A stretch of 64,000 bases of DNA from Alphaproteobacteria bacterium (GTDB taxonomy: Bacteria > Pseudomonadota > Alphaproteobacteria > MPNO01 > UBA830), in contig JAJEBT010000092.1 of assembly GCA_022822405.1 (NCBI GenBank), positions 8,164 to 72,163 of the forward strand. Reading direction: 5' to 3'. Each line of letters starts with the position of its first letter. The first letter of the stretch is position 1. The translations under genes were made by a program, and so were the position numbers. The notes under the pieces were generated by a model. That model searched no databases, had not been told where the DNA came from, and saw only the letters and a program-made list of their open reading frames with translations. Positions 63,913-64,000 of this stretch are shown here, in pieces.

Positions 63913-64000
63913 ATGACCGAGAATTCAGGACAGGCCGCAACCGAAGCGGCCGAAAAGATGGCAGTCGCGGGCAAGGAGACCCTTGAGACGGTCATGCAGA
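63913..64000 (+). CDS. Phasin family protein, N-terminal part (3' end outside the window)
   Basis: SD GGAG lies 6 nt before ATG 63913. The sequence is MTENSGQAATEAAEKMAVAGKETLETVMQ. It is divergent from phaR, as in many alphaproteobacteria. Confidence 0.55.
   Translation, partial: MTENSGQAATEAAEKMAVAGKETLETVMQ

Noticed and set aside
1-64000. A search by eye for CRISPR arrays, tRNA, rRNA and long tandem repeats in all intergenic gaps over 200 bp: 2102-2484, 7082-7370, 8364-8588, 12454-12924, 33062-33328, 34172-34566, 38566-38828, 40343-40638, 41734-42036, 49437-49660, 56944-57202, 60402-60664 and 62354-62561.
   Set aside because: No regularly spaced repeats, cloverleaf-like sequences or rRNA-like conserved blocks were seen. 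Small RNAs cannot be excluded without covariance-model searches.

Overview
The window is GC-rich with strong third-position GC bias, consistent with an alphaproteobacterial (Rhizobiales-like) replicon. It is densely coding. I support about 58 protein-coding genes, one apparently intact IS1634-family insertion sequence, two decayed gene remnants and a few regulatory repeats. I saw no rRNA, tRNA or CRISPR array.

The content is mostly accessory catabolism and transport:
- A maleamate-amidase-like / maleate-isomerase pair.
- Two paralogous alpha/beta hydrolases, a P450 and a quinone reductase.
- A penicillin/AHL-acylase plus a GH3 amido-synthetase.
- A TTT (TctC/TctA) transporter with an ornithine-cyclodeaminase-like gene.
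- A cluster of split gentisate-dioxygenase-like cupins, a HIBADH-type dehydrogenase, HyuA/HyuB and an SDR.
- Two molybdenum hydroxylase large subunits, only one with a 2Fe-2S partner and neither with an FAD subunit.
- Two luciferase-like monooxygenases.
- A TRAP (DctPQM) operon ending in ALDH and a TauE/SafE exporter.
- A TauD / SDR / stand-alone diiron PaaA-like operon.
- The phaR / phasin locus at the right edge.

Housekeeping genes are interspersed: map, sfsA, speH-speE, tsaC/sua5 and cysQ.

The least explained parts are:
- A three-gene module (SnoaL-like, 80-aa ORF, 442-aa nitroreductase-like protein) inside the TRAP operon.
- The TauD-SDR-diiron-hypothetical operon.
- The split bicupin next to hydantoinase/oxoprolinase genes.

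Apart from PhaR I recognised no transcription factor in the 64 kb.

All family calls come from reading the supplied translations and recalling family motifs. No database search or computation was run. Start codons were refined by eye from SD-like sequences, ATGA/GTGA overlaps and family N-termini, so they are approximate.
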